64,000 nucleotides of DNA from Eubacteriales bacterium (GTDB taxonomy: Bacteria > Bacillota > Clostridia > Oscillospirales > CAG-382). The first letter of the stretch is position 1, and each line of letters starts with the position of its first letter. A program made the translations under genes and the position numbers. Below, in pieces: positions 33,879 to 43,284 of this stretch. Under the pieces are notes generated by a model, which saw only the letters and a program-made list of their open reading frames with translations, was not told the DNA's origin and did no database searches. The stretch covers positions 216 to 64,215 of the forward strand of contig JAZNWF010000004.1 in assembly GCA_045593165.1 (NCBI GenBank). The letters are read 5' to 3'.

Positions 33879-35024
33879 ATGCAAGATACGACAAAACTGA
33901 TGATGAAGCTTATAATTTCAAATTTCGGGATCGATATTACTCTTCCGAGCAGCATCGACGAAAGCGAATTAAAGCAGCTTTATGCCCTCTCGACAAAGCA
34001 CGACCTCGCGCATATTGTTGCAAGCGCACTTGAAAAGCATGATCTTTTGAACGTTGAGGGCGCAAAAAAGGCGTTTTCAAAGCAAAAGATGATTGCCGTT
34101 TACCGCAGAGCGCAGCTTGATTTTGAAGAACAGCGCTTGTATGCGGTATTGGAAAACGCAGGCATCGACTTTTTGCCTTTAAAGGGTGCTGTGGTAAAGT
34201 CGCTTTATCCCGAAAATTGGATGCGGACAAGCTGTGATATAGATATTCTCGTGAGGGAGGATAACCTTGACTCCGCTGTTTCCGCAATAAAAAACGAATT
34301 GGGATATACAGACAAGGGCAGACATTTCCACGAGCATTCGTTATTGTCGAAAAGCAACGTTCATCTTGAGCTTCACTTTAATATTACCGAAAATATCGAA
34401 ACCCTCGATAAACTTCTTGAACGCGTTTGGGAATATGCTCGTCCTATATCCGACGGATCTCGCAGGCACCTGCTTACAAACGAATATTTTATTTTCCACA
34501 ACGTCGCACATATGCAATATCATTTTGTTGCGGGCGGATGCGGTATAAGACCGTTTATCGACCTTTGGCTGATGCTGAATCAGCTTGATTACGATAAAAA
34601 TGCGCTTCAAATGCTTTTGAATGAAAGCAAAAGCGAGGAATTTTATGCAAATCTTTTGAAGCTTATAAACGTGTGGTTTGAAAACGGCAGTCACACCGAG
34701 CTCACCGAAAAAATGGAGGAATACATTTTAACGGGCGGTGTCTTCGGCTCGCGCGTGAACCGTGCGGCTGTCGACCGCGAGCACAAGGGCAGCAAGTCGA
34801 CCTATATTATTTCGCGTATATTTATGCCGAAAAAGGAATTGGAATCGATTTACCCCAATCTTAAAAAACGTCCATATCTTCTTCCCTTTTATGAAATCAA
34901 GCGTTGGTTCAGACTGCTCGGCAAAAAGGGCAGAAGCAATATGAAGGCCGAAATTATCGCAAATAAGCAGTTGGGCGAAGCTCAAAACGGTGTTCCAGAA
35001 ATGTTAAAGGAGTTGGGGCTGTGA
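33879..35024 (+). CDS. Uncharacterised nucleotidyltransferase-family protein (NTP_transf_5-like)
   Basis: 381 aa. The LKGAVVKSLYPENWMRTSCDIDILV motif fits the family. It is co-directional with the ABC pair. Confidence 0.5.
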   Translation: MQDTTKLMMKLIISNFGIDITLPSSIDESELKQLYALSTKHDLAHIVASALEKHDLLNVEGAKKAFSKQKMIAVYRRAQLDFEEQRLYAVLENAGIDFLPLKGAVVKSLYPENWMRTSCDIDILVREDNLDSAVSAIKNELGYTDKGRHFHEHSLLSKSNVHLELHFNITENIETLDKLLERVWEYARPISDGSRRHLLTNEYFIFHNVAHMQYHFVAGGCGIRPFIDLWLMLNQLDYDKNALQMLLNESKSEEFYANLLKLINVWFENGSHTELTEKMEEYILTGGVFGSRVNRAAVDREHKGSKSTYIISRIFMPKKELESIYPNLKKRPYLLPFYEIKRWFRLLGKKGRSNMKAEIIANKQLGEAQNGVPEMLKELGL

Positions 35025-35503
35025 TAACACATCCTATTCCCCCGTTATTCGATAAAAATTCGAAAATACTGATCTTAGGCAGCTTCCCTTCCGTAAAATC
35101 ACGCGAGGCGATGTTCTTTTACGGTCATCCGCAAAACCGTTTCTGGAGGGTACTTTCATCGGTTTTGAACCATCCGTTGCCTCAAAGCGTTGACGAGAAA
35201 AAGGCCATGCTTGCCCGTTACGGCATCGCGCTTTGGGACGTTATCGCCCAATGCGAAATAACGGGCAGTGCAGATACCTCGATAACCGAAGAAAAGGTAA
35301 ACGATATTTCGATAATTCTTAATAACGCCGACATAAAGGCGATATTTACCAACGGAAAAAAGGCGCATTCGCTTTACGAATCGAGAATTTATCCCGTAAC
35401 GAATATAAAATCGATTTATCTCCCCTCAACAAGCCCTGCGAATGCCGTTTGGTCGCTCGATAAGCTTGTTGAAAGCTGGAAAGTGATAAAGGAATATATT
35501 TAA
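35021..35503 (+). CDS. Uracil-DNA glycosylase superfamily protein (DNA-deoxyinosine glycosylase-like)
   Basis: GTG start overlaps the upstream stop by 4 nt. Motifs: LILGSFPSVKSRE...FYGHPQNRFW and LPSTSPAN. Confidence 0.65.
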   Translation: MITHPIPPLFDKNSKILILGSFPSVKSREAMFFYGHPQNRFWRVLSSVLNHPLPQSVDEKKAMLARYGIALWDVIAQCEITGSADTSITEEKVNDISIILNNADIKAIFTNGKKAHSLYESRIYPVTNIKSIYLPSTSPANAVWSLDKLVESWKVIKEYI

Positions 35504-35538
35504 AAATATTCCTTGCAAAAAAGACGAAAGGAACAACT

Positions 35539-35823
35539 ATGAACAAGCATTGTCCTCATTGCGGCGGAAACATCAGTTTGGCAAGAAGGCTGTTATCTTT
35601 AGAGGGCCATTATGCTAAAGAATGTCCGCACTGTAAAAAGAAGATCAAATTGAAGATACTCGGTATTTTCCCAACGTCAATATGTGTTGCATTGGTTGCT
35701 TGTATTTATTTTTGCAAAATCGATTGGATCAGAATCGTCTGTGCAATTGCCTTGATTGCTTTTTTGCTGTTTGAGAGCGCACATACTCCTATAATCTCGG
35801 GAGAAGACGAGGAAGAAGAATGA
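35539..35823 (+). CDS. Zinc-ribbon membrane protein
   Basis: CPHCGG...CPHCKK, then two TM helices and an acidic tail GEDEEEE. Confidence 0.5.
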   Translation: MNKHCPHCGGNISLARRLLSLEGHYAKECPHCKKKIKLKILGIFPTSICVALVACIYFCKIDWIRIVCAIALIAFLLFESAHTPIISGEDEEEE

Positions 35824-35877
35824 TGTTATCTTTGGGTTTGTTAAATAGCAGGAATTAATAAAACGAAAGTTATGAAC

Positions 35878-35909
35878 AAAAAAGCGGACAAAAATTGTCC
35901 GCTTTTTTA
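35878..35909 (+). terminator. Rho-independent terminator
   Basis: GCGGACA / TGTCCGC stem followed by T6. Confidence 0.8.
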
Positions 35910-35954
35910 TTTTGCGAATATAATGAAAATGATCATTATAAAAAGGGTGATATT

Positions 35955-38273
35955 ATGCCGACAGGCAAGCTTATTGTTGTATTACGAACGGCATCGGGTG
36001 CGTTGCCGATAAACAACGGCTCGATAACCGTTTCCGACGAGCGCGGAAACGCGGTCTTTTACGAATTCCTTACCGCCGCAAGCAGCGGTATAAGCAAGGT
36101 TGCAACATTGGAAACTCCGCCGAAAAGCATATCGCTTGACAGCGACGAGGGCACCGCACGCCCATATTCGCTTTACACAGTGGATATTCGCGCAGAGGGC
36201 TCGTACCGAATGGAAATAACGGGGGTGCAGATGTTTGAGGACACGACCACGCAACTGCCGATAGAGCTTATACCTTTGCCCGAAAACATATCATCGCCCG
36301 ACGACGCTGACATTATAATCATACGTATTCCCGAGCACGTATTACGCTCCACACCGCCGCAAAGCGACGAAAATGCGATTGCCATACCTGCGGTAAATAT
36401 TGCCACGGGTGTTTACATTCCCGAAACGATAACGGTGCATTTAGGCACACCCGACGAGGGAGCGCCGAACGTAACGTTACCCTTTATAGACTACATAAAA
36501 AACGTAGCAAGCAGTGAAATATACCCTACCTGGCCCGAGGAATCGCTTCGCGCAAACATCATCGCGCAGATTTCGCTATCGTTAAACCGCATCTACACCG
36601 AGTGGTACAGAAGCAGAGGATATTCATTTGATATAACAAACTCCACCGCATTTGACCAAGCATTCGTTTACGGGCGAAACGTATTCGAGGAAATGAGTGT
36701 TATCGTTGACGAGATATTCAACAACTACCTTGTACGCCCGAACAGCATCGAGCCGCTTTTTGCATCGTACTGCAACGGAACCACTACAACTTGCGCGGGG
36801 CTTTCTCAATGGGGCACGGTATCGCTTGCAGAGGGCGGTCAAAGCAGTGAGGACATATTGGGATTTTATTACGGCAACGTAATTATTACCGAAACCGATG
36901 ACATTCGTACTCCCGAGGAATCGTATCCTGGCGAGCCCTTATCCAACGGCGACGAGGGCGAAGACGTGCGCATTCTTCAGGAGCAATTGAACCGAATCGC
37001 GATAAATTTTCCTCAGCTTCCGTTAACAGAGGTTACTGGAGTATACGGAGAAAGCACGGTGAATGCCGTCAGCGAGTTTCAACGTCTTTTCGTATTGCCC
37101 GTAACGGGTGTGACCGACAGGGCGACGTGGTACAGAGTTTCGCAGATATATTCCTCGGTAAAGCGGCTTGCGGAAATAACAAGCGAGGGACAGCGTGCAA
37201 CCTACAACCAACAGCTATACCCCGGCTCACCCATAAGCCGTAATTCACGCGGGTCGGAGGTGCAGGAGATTCAATTTTACCTGCAACGGATAAGCAGATT
37301 CAATCCCTTGGTGGAATCACCCGAGTTGGACGGTATTTACGGCAGAGATACCGAGAGGGCGGTTATATCTTTTCAAAACGCTTACGGGCTTACTCCCGAC
37401 GGCGTTATAGACGAAGCGGATTGGAACAGACTTGTTGAGGTGTACAACGGCACCTTGGATAACGTCGAAGAGCCCTCAAACCAGATCACTTCCGTGCCCT
37501 ACCCCGGATACGTGCTATCGCCCGGTGCAAGAGGCGAATATCCGAGATATATCCAGCAAATATTAAATGTTATAAACAACGTATTTATACCCATAAAGGA
37601 GCTTGACGAGGACGGAATATTCGGAACCGCCACACAACAATCGGTCAACTCGTTTGCCGCTATATTCGGATATCCCCAAAACGGAACGGTCGACGAAGCC
37701 TTATGGAACAAAATGAACCAAATCTACCGGGTCGTTGCCGCAGAATGTATTTTCCTGCAGGGCAACGCGGAGGGGACTCGAGATTATGCGGGAACAATGC
37801 TTTCGATAGGAAGCATAGGCGAAAACGTAAGCTACGTTCAGCGGCTTATAAACGAGATATACACCGCCATTCCCTACGTAGGCTCGCTCGACGTTGACGG
37901 CAGATACGGCACAAACACTGCGGCAAGCGTATCGGCATTACAGAGGGTATTCGGGCTTACCGAGACCGGTGCCGTCGACGAAAGCACGTGGTTGCTTATA
38001 AATTACATTTACACGGCGATAGTAAACGGATGTCTGCCGCGAGGCACAAATGCCGTGACCGCAAGTGCAAATATTCTGCCAAGATTACCGCAAAGCATAT
38101 CCGAGCTAAAGGAAATAATGCGCAATAACGGAATAGAGGTCGGCACGGGACCTATGTTCGGATTGAAAAGCAGAAGCGCTTTGGCAAAATGGCAGTCGGC
38201 GCAAGGACTCATCCCATCGGGAGCTCCCGATGCGGAAACGCTTGAAAAACTGCTTAAAAACCGCTTGAAATAA
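35955..38273 (+). CDS. Peptidoglycan-binding protein with about 5 PG_binding_1 repeats (possible cortex/cell-wall hydrolase)
   Basis: ATG at 35955 follows AAGGGTGA. The repeated pattern G..G.DV..LQ..LN.I.......L..DGI(Y/F)G..T..AV..FQ..FGL...G.VD..TW occurs about 5 times. Confidence 0.65.
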   Translation: MPTGKLIVVLRTASGALPINNGSITVSDERGNAVFYEFLTAASSGISKVATLETPPKSISLDSDEGTARPYSLYTVDIRAEGSYRMEITGVQMFEDTTTQLPIELIPLPENISSPDDADIIIIRIPEHVLRSTPPQSDENAIAIPAVNIATGVYIPETITVHLGTPDEGAPNVTLPFIDYIKNVASSEIYPTWPEESLRANIIAQISLSLNRIYTEWYRSRGYSFDITNSTAFDQAFVYGRNVFEEMSVIVDEIFNNYLVRPNSIEPLFASYCNGTTTTCAGLSQWGTVSLAEGGQSSEDILGFYYGNVIITETDDIRTPEESYPGEPLSNGDEGEDVRILQEQLNRIAINFPQLPLTEVTGVYGESTVNAVSEFQRLFVLPVTGVTDRATWYRVSQIYSSVKRLAEITSEGQRATYNQQLYPGSPISRNSRGSEVQEIQFYLQRISRFNPLVESPELDGIYGRDTERAVISFQNAYGLTPDGVIDEADWNRLVEVYNGTLDNVEEPSNQITSVPYPGYVLSPGARGEYPRYIQQILNVINNVFIPIKELDEDGIFGTATQQSVNSFAAIFGYPQNGTVDEALWNKMNQIYRVVAAECIFLQGNAEGTRDYAGTMLSIGSIGENVSYVQRLINEIYTAIPYVGSLDVDGRYGTNTAASVSALQRVFGLTETGAVDESTWLLINYIYTAIVNGCLPRGTNAVTASANILPRLPQSISELKEIMRNNGIEVGTGPMFGLKSRSALAKWQSAQGLIPSGAPDAETLEKLLKNRLK

Positions 38274-38367
38274 AAGAAAATACATTAATTTTTAACACGC
38301 TATTATTGACATTGGCAACGTGAAAGAGTATACTTATTCAATAGCATAAAAATATAATGGAGGACGT

Positions 38368-39165
38368 ATGGAAAAAGACCGCGACGTTAAAAAAGACGCC
38401 GAGATCATAAACAAACACGAATCCCATAAAAAGCTAACCTTAAAACGCAAGCGTATTATCGCTATCGTTTCTGTTATAATAGCCGTCGCCGTAATGCTTT
38501 GGTTAGGATTTTTCCTGACGAAAGCGTTGATGTTTTCCGTCGATACCGACGGCGGAGTAAGAACCGCGGCGAAGAACTTCAGGGACCTGATAAACAGCTA
38601 CGGAAATGCAGGTATTCTGGTTGCATTCGCAATACAGGTGCTTCAGGTAGTTGTTTCGCCCATTCCCGGCGAGGTCATTGAGCTGGGTATGGGAATGTGC
38701 TTCAATTGGTGGGCAGGCGCATTGATATGTCTGCTCGGAGGAGCACTTGCGGCGGCAGTAATAATGCTGTTTGTGAAGAAATTCGGCATAAAGCTGGTAG
38801 AGCTTTTCGTTTCGGCAGAAAAGATAAACGAGCTGAAGTTCATCAACAACGAAAAAAAGCTGAAAACCACCGTCTTACTCTTATATCTCATTCCCGGAAC
38901 ACCTAAAGACCCGTTGATTTTCTTCTTCGGACTTACAAAAATAAGCGTTTGGGACTTTGTGTGGATATCGACTCTTGCAAGAATACCCTCAATAATCACC
39001 TCTACTATTGCGGGCGAGCAGGCGACAAAGGAAAATTTCTGGACAACGGCGATAATTTTGGTTATCACGGGAATTCTCGCGTTGATAGGAATGTTCTTCT
39101 ACAAAAAAATCGTTTCACAAAGACAAAGCAAAAAAGAAAAGCAAACTACTGAAAACAAAGGATAA
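38368..39165 (+). CDS. TVP38/TMEM64 (DedA-related) family membrane protein
   Basis: VVSPIPGEVIELGMG motif with multiple TM helices. Confidence 0.7.
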   Translation: MEKDRDVKKDAEIINKHESHKKLTLKRKRIIAIVSVIIAVAVMLWLGFFLTKALMFSVDTDGGVRTAAKNFRDLINSYGNAGILVAFAIQVLQVVVSPIPGEVIELGMGMCFNWWAGALICLLGGALAAAVIMLFVKKFGIKLVELFVSAEKINELKFINNEKKLKTTVLLLYLIPGTPKDPLIFFFGLTKISVWDFVWISTLARIPSIITSTIAGEQATKENFWTTAIILVITGILALIGMFFYKKIVSQRQSKKEKQTTENKG

Positions 39166-39169
39166 AACA

Positions 39170-40174
39170 ATGGCTGTTACCGTACCCGCGGGCTATTCTC
39201 CCGTACTTAACATACGTCAGACAGAGGTCGCTATAAAAAAGGTCAAGGACTTCTTTGAGCGCGACATCGCTATACAATTAAACCTTACCCGTGTATCCGC
39301 TCCGCTTTTCGTGGATTCGGACAGCGGTCTTAACGATAACCTGAACGGTGTCGAGCGTCCTGTTGCGTTTGATATCCGCGGTATGTCGGGCAACAACGAA
39401 ATCGTTCAATCGCTTGCAAAATGGAAGCGTATGGCGCTTGCTCAATACGGCTTTGAACCGGGCGAGGGGCTGTATACCGATATGAATGCTATCCGCCGCG
39501 ATGAGGACACCGACAACATACATTCGGTTTTCGTTGACCAGTGGGACTGGGAAAAGGTTATAACCGCCGACCAGAGATGCGTAGAAACCTTAAAGCGCGC
39601 GGTCAAGCAGATATACGCTTCGCTTCGTCACACCGAAACCTATATCGCGGAGGATTATGCCTTTGTCGGCAAATTCTTGCCCGAAAGAATAACCTTTATC
39701 ACTGCACAGGAGCTTGAAGACGAATATCCCGAGCTTACGCCCAAGGAACGCGAATACGCCGCAGTAAAGAAGCACGGTGCTGTATTCCTGATGCAGATCG
39801 GCGGAAAATTGAAATCCGGCAACAAGCACGATGGCCGTGCTCCCGACTACGACGATTGGTCGTTAAATGGCGATATTATAGTTTACTACCCCGTTTTAGA
39901 TATCGCGCTTGAGTTATCCTCTATGGGTATCCGCGTAGATGCCGAAACGCTTAAAAAGCAGTTGTCCGAATCGGGATGCGAGGACAGAGCGTCGCTTCCC
40001 TTCCACAAGGCATTGCTCGAAAGCAAGCTGCCGCTTACCATGGGCGGAGGTATAGGACAGTCGAGAATGTGTATGTTCTTCTTGAGAAAAGCACACATCG
40101 GCGAAGTGCAGTCTTCACGCTGGACCGAAGAGGATATGGAGATCTGTAAGGCAAACGATATACATTTATTATAA
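39170..40174 (+). CDS. asnA: Aspartate--ammonia ligase
   Basis: 334 aa. TEVAIKKVKDFFE, LTRVSAPLFV, VQSLAKWKR and GGGIGQSRMCMFFL are AsnA hallmarks. Confidence 0.9.
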   Translation: MAVTVPAGYSPVLNIRQTEVAIKKVKDFFERDIAIQLNLTRVSAPLFVDSDSGLNDNLNGVERPVAFDIRGMSGNNEIVQSLAKWKRMALAQYGFEPGEGLYTDMNAIRRDEDTDNIHSVFVDQWDWEKVITADQRCVETLKRAVKQIYASLRHTETYIAEDYAFVGKFLPERITFITAQELEDEYPELTPKEREYAAVKKHGAVFLMQIGGKLKSGNKHDGRAPDYDDWSLNGDIIVYYPVLDIALELSSMGIRVDAETLKKQLSESGCEDRASLPFHKALLESKLPLTMGGGIGQSRMCMFFLRKAHIGEVQSSRWTEEDMEICKANDIHLL

Positions 40175-40217
40175 TTAACATTGCAAAGCCCTAGCACAAG
40201 GACTTTTGCACATTAAT

Positions 40218-41156
40218 ATGCTTATGAAAATCCACAGCAATACAAGCCAAGCAATCGGAAAAACCCCTTTGATAAAGCTTGGCAACATCGAAAAGGAATA
40301 CTGCTTATCGGCAAAACTGCTTGCAAAGGCAGAAATGTTCAACCTTACGGGTTCAGCCAAGGACAGAGCGGCAAAATATATGATTGACGATGCCATTGAA
40401 AAGGGCATAATTTCTGCGGGTGCAACGATTATCGAACCCACAAGCGGAAACACGGGAATCGGATTGGCGGCTTATGCGGTGCCAAAGGGCTTTACGGTGA
40501 AGATCGTTATGCCCGACACGATGTCGCAAGAACGAATTGAGCTTATTAGGGCTTACGGCGCAGAGGTTATTCTTACCGACGGTAAGCTGGGTATGGCAGG
40601 TGCTGTTTCCGAGGCTGAAAGACTGCATAAAAGCATCGAGAACAGCTTTATCCCCGACCAATTCAAAAATCCGTCGAATGTCAAGGCGCATTATGAAACT
40701 ACCGGCCCCGAAATATGGCACGACACCGACGGAAGCGTTGATATCCTCGTTGCAGGAGTCGGCACGGGCGGCACAATTACGGGTGCGGGCAGATTTTTAA
40801 AAGAAAATAACCCCAACGTAAAAATTGTTGCTATTGAACCGAAACGCTCGCCCGTCCTTTCGGGCGGAAACGCGGCAAGCCACGGATTACAAGGTATAGG
40901 AGCTAATTTTATACCCTATATTTTAGACACAAGCCTTATAGACGAAATTATCGGTGTTGCCGAAGAGGATGCCTTTGAAACCTGCAGAGCACTGGTGAAA
41001 TCAGAAGGAATTTTGGCGGGTATTTCCTCGGGTGCGGCGCTTTTTGCGGCAATTGAGCTTGCCAAAAAGGAAGAAAACAAGGATAAAAGCATCGTTGTTA
41101 TACTGCCCGATAGCGGAAGCAGATATTTATCGACGGGAATATTTGAGGATAAATAG
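40218..41156 (+). CDS. cysK: Cysteine synthase A (O-acetylserine sulfhydrylase)
   Basis: IGKTPLIKL, NLTGSAKDRAA (PLP lysine), EPTSGNTGIGLA and GVGTGGTITG are present. The start is ambiguous between TTG 40206, ATG 40218 and ATG 40224. Confidence 0.9.
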   Translation: MLMKIHSNTSQAIGKTPLIKLGNIEKEYCLSAKLLAKAEMFNLTGSAKDRAAKYMIDDAIEKGIISAGATIIEPTSGNTGIGLAAYAVPKGFTVKIVMPDTMSQERIELIRAYGAEVILTDGKLGMAGAVSEAERLHKSIENSFIPDQFKNPSNVKAHYETTGPEIWHDTDGSVDILVAGVGTGGTITGAGRFLKENNPNVKIVAIEPKRSPVLSGGNAASHGLQGIGANFIPYILDTSLIDEIIGVAEEDAFETCRALVKSEGILAGISSGAALFAAIELAKKEENKDKSIVVILPDSGSRYLSTGIFEDK

Positions 41157-41158
41157 AT

Positions 41159-41992
41159 ATGGATTACAAAAGAATTTTAACGATTCAAGATATATCGTGC
41201 TTCGGTCAATGCTCATTGACGGTTGCATTACCTATACTTTCGGCTTGCGGAGTTGAAACGGTAATTATCCCCTCCGCAGTTCTTTCCACGCACACTAACA
41301 AATTCACGGGTTTTACCTTCCGTGACCTTACCGACGATATCCCCTCGATCGCGGCACATTGGAAAAAGGAAGGTATTGATTTTGATGCTATATACACAGG
41401 ATATCTCGGAAGCGTACGTCAAATAGATATGGTAACCGATATATTCAATACCCTCTCGCGTAAGAATTGCGTAAAGATCGTCGATCCGGCTATGGCAGAC
41501 AACGGCAAGCTATATTACGGGTTTGACGATACGTACGCCGCCGCGATGACAAAGCTTTGCGCAGAAGCGGATATCGTATTACCCAACATTACCGAGGCTT
41601 GCTTTATGACAGGTCACGAATACAAGGAAAAATACGATGAGAATTACGTATATTCAGTACTTGAATCACTTGAAAAAGCAGGAATGAAGGACATCGTTCT
41701 TACGGGTATAAGCTACGACGACGAAACCACGGGAGTTATCGTAAAAACGGGCGATGATATTCAATATTACACCCACAAAAAGCTTCCCGTAGGAAGTCAC
41801 GGAACCGGCGACGTGTTTGCAAGCGCATTTTCGGGTGCTCTGCTTCGCGGAAAGACCGAGTTTGATTCAGCAAGAGTTGCGGCGAACTACACGTTGCGTT
41901 GCATCGAAAATACAGTCGGCGACGAAAGCCACAAATACGGTGTCAAGTTTGAAACCGCTATCCCTTATCTTTTAGACGAGCTGAATAAATAA
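41159..41992 (+). CDS. pdxK: Pyridoxal/pyridoxamine kinase
   Basis: 277 aa. ILTIQDISCFGQCSLTVALPILSACG, YTGYLGS and GTGDVFASAF are present (ribokinase-fold PdxK/PdxY). Confidence 0.85.
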   Translation: MDYKRILTIQDISCFGQCSLTVALPILSACGVETVIIPSAVLSTHTNKFTGFTFRDLTDDIPSIAAHWKKEGIDFDAIYTGYLGSVRQIDMVTDIFNTLSRKNCVKIVDPAMADNGKLYYGFDDTYAAAMTKLCAEADIVLPNITEACFMTGHEYKEKYDENYVYSVLESLEKAGMKDIVLTGISYDDETTGVIVKTGDDIQYYTHKKLPVGSHGTGDVFASAFSGALLRGKTEFDSARVAANYTLRCIENTVGDESHKYGVKFETAIPYLLDELNK

Positions 41993-42027
41993 CAAAAATA
42001 AACCAAGCTGTGTATTTGCAACTTGGT

Positions 42028-42654
42028 TTATTTGCTTTTTATTATGTATTCGAACATATCGAATTTCTTGATGCCGAATTTTTTTAACAGTTCAACGCTT
42101 TTTATACGGTTTTCCTCGTTATTATACCCTTTTATCAACGGTATTCTTGCGGTTATACGTTCGGGCTTGATATGTGACACGAGATATTTCAGATTTTCAA
42201 GCACTATATCGTTGCTTTTCCCCGTATAGCTTTTATATATCGCCTCGTCGGTATCCTTGATATCCACAAAAAAGTGGTCTACCACGCTTGCCGCTATCTC
42301 TACAGATTCGCGCGAAACGTTAAGGCTGGTTTCGGCACATATCCGCCATCTGTCGCCGCATATCGTTCGGAATTCGGAAATAAATTCGGGATAAAGCAAC
42401 GGTTCTCCGCCTCCGAAGGTGACTCCTCCGTTTGTTGCAACAAAATAAAGATCGTCGATCTTAACACGCTCGTAAAGCTCCTGCGGTGTAAGCTTAATAA
42501 CCTTGGTTGTATCCGAAAAGGAATGCGGATTGATACAGTATTTGCACCTCAACGGGCAACCGAAAAAACCGCATAGCGTTGTCACACCGTCCCCGTCGGT
42601 TTGTATCCTATGCCGTGATATTGAAATGAACGGCGTTTTATGTACTTCCGCCAT
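42028..42654 (-). CDS. Radical SAM protein, glycyl-radical-activase-like
   Basis: CPLRCKYCINP (CxxxCxxC) and GGVTFGGGEPLL. 208 aa. No glycyl-radical enzyme is adjacent. Confidence 0.7.
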   Translation of the reverse strand: MAEVHKTPFISISRHRIQTDGDGVTTLCGFFGCPLRCKYCINPHSFSDTTKVIKLTPQELYERVKIDDLYFVATNGGVTFGGGEPLLYPEFISEFRTICGDRWRICAETSLNVSRESVEIAASVVDHFFVDIKDTDEAIYKSYTGKSNDIVLENLKYLVSHIKPERITARIPLIKGYNNEENRIKSVELLKKFGIKKFDMFEYIIKSK

Positions 42655-42655
42655 A

Positions 42656-43207
42656 TCAATACGCGATATCGCCCATAAGCTCTGCTTCGGTTTCCTCGGG
42701 AGGAGGTATCATACCCGCTATCATCTCATCGGATTCCTCGGGCAGCTCGCCAATTTCAAGCTCACTTTCGTCAGTTACGGGAATATCTCCGGTTATATCG
42801 TCAACATATTCCGACGGCGTACCCATAAGTTCATCAGAGGTTTCAACCGCATCGCTGCTTTCGTGGTCAACAGCTTCTCCCATAGTTTCAACAACCTCGC
42901 TGCTTTCGGGGAGAGCTATATCTCCCATGAATTCACGATTACTCAAATGCGTTTCCGTATCGGGTGTACAGCCTGCTGCACCCAAGGTTATCGTTGCGGC
43001 AAGACCTGCTACAGTTACCTTATAGCCAAGGCTTCTTCTGCGTTCAAGCTCCTTTTCCAGATAGCGCACCTCAGCTTCGCATTTAGGACATGTACCCAAG
43101 CAATCGCCCTTGTATTTGCACTCGGTAGTTACATACGTAATATCATTTTCCTCGGCAATACGGCGGCGTATGTCCTTTAATATTTTGCATCGGTTTTTAC
43201 CTTTCAT
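42656..43207 (-). CDS. Membrane-anchored protein with an N-terminal Cys-rich domain and an acidic extracellular tail
   Basis: C-x22-C-x5-C-x3-C-x2-C (CKIL...ECKYKGDCLGTCPKCEAE), a coiled segment, one TM helix (VTVAGLAATITLGAAGC), then a D/E-rich tail. Its stop is 1 nt from the radical SAM start. Confidence 0.5.
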   Translation of the reverse strand: MKGKNRCKILKDIRRRIAEENDITYVTTECKYKGDCLGTCPKCEAEVRYLEKELERRRSLGYKVTVAGLAATITLGAAGCTPDTETHLSNREFMGDIALPESSEVVETMGEAVDHESSDAVETSDELMGTPSEYVDDITGDIPVTDESELEIGELPEESDEMIAGMIPPPEETEAELMGDIAY

Positions 43208-43284
43208 AATCGATCATCCTTTCGTTATAATACCCTTTCACTAAATAATACCCGGTACAGTAAGATTCGGTTGCAAAAATGGTA

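Noticed and set aside
42503-43180. 225-aa ORF on the plus strand
   Set aside because: It is antisense to the radical SAM and Cys-rich protein genes. It has no RBS and no motifs.
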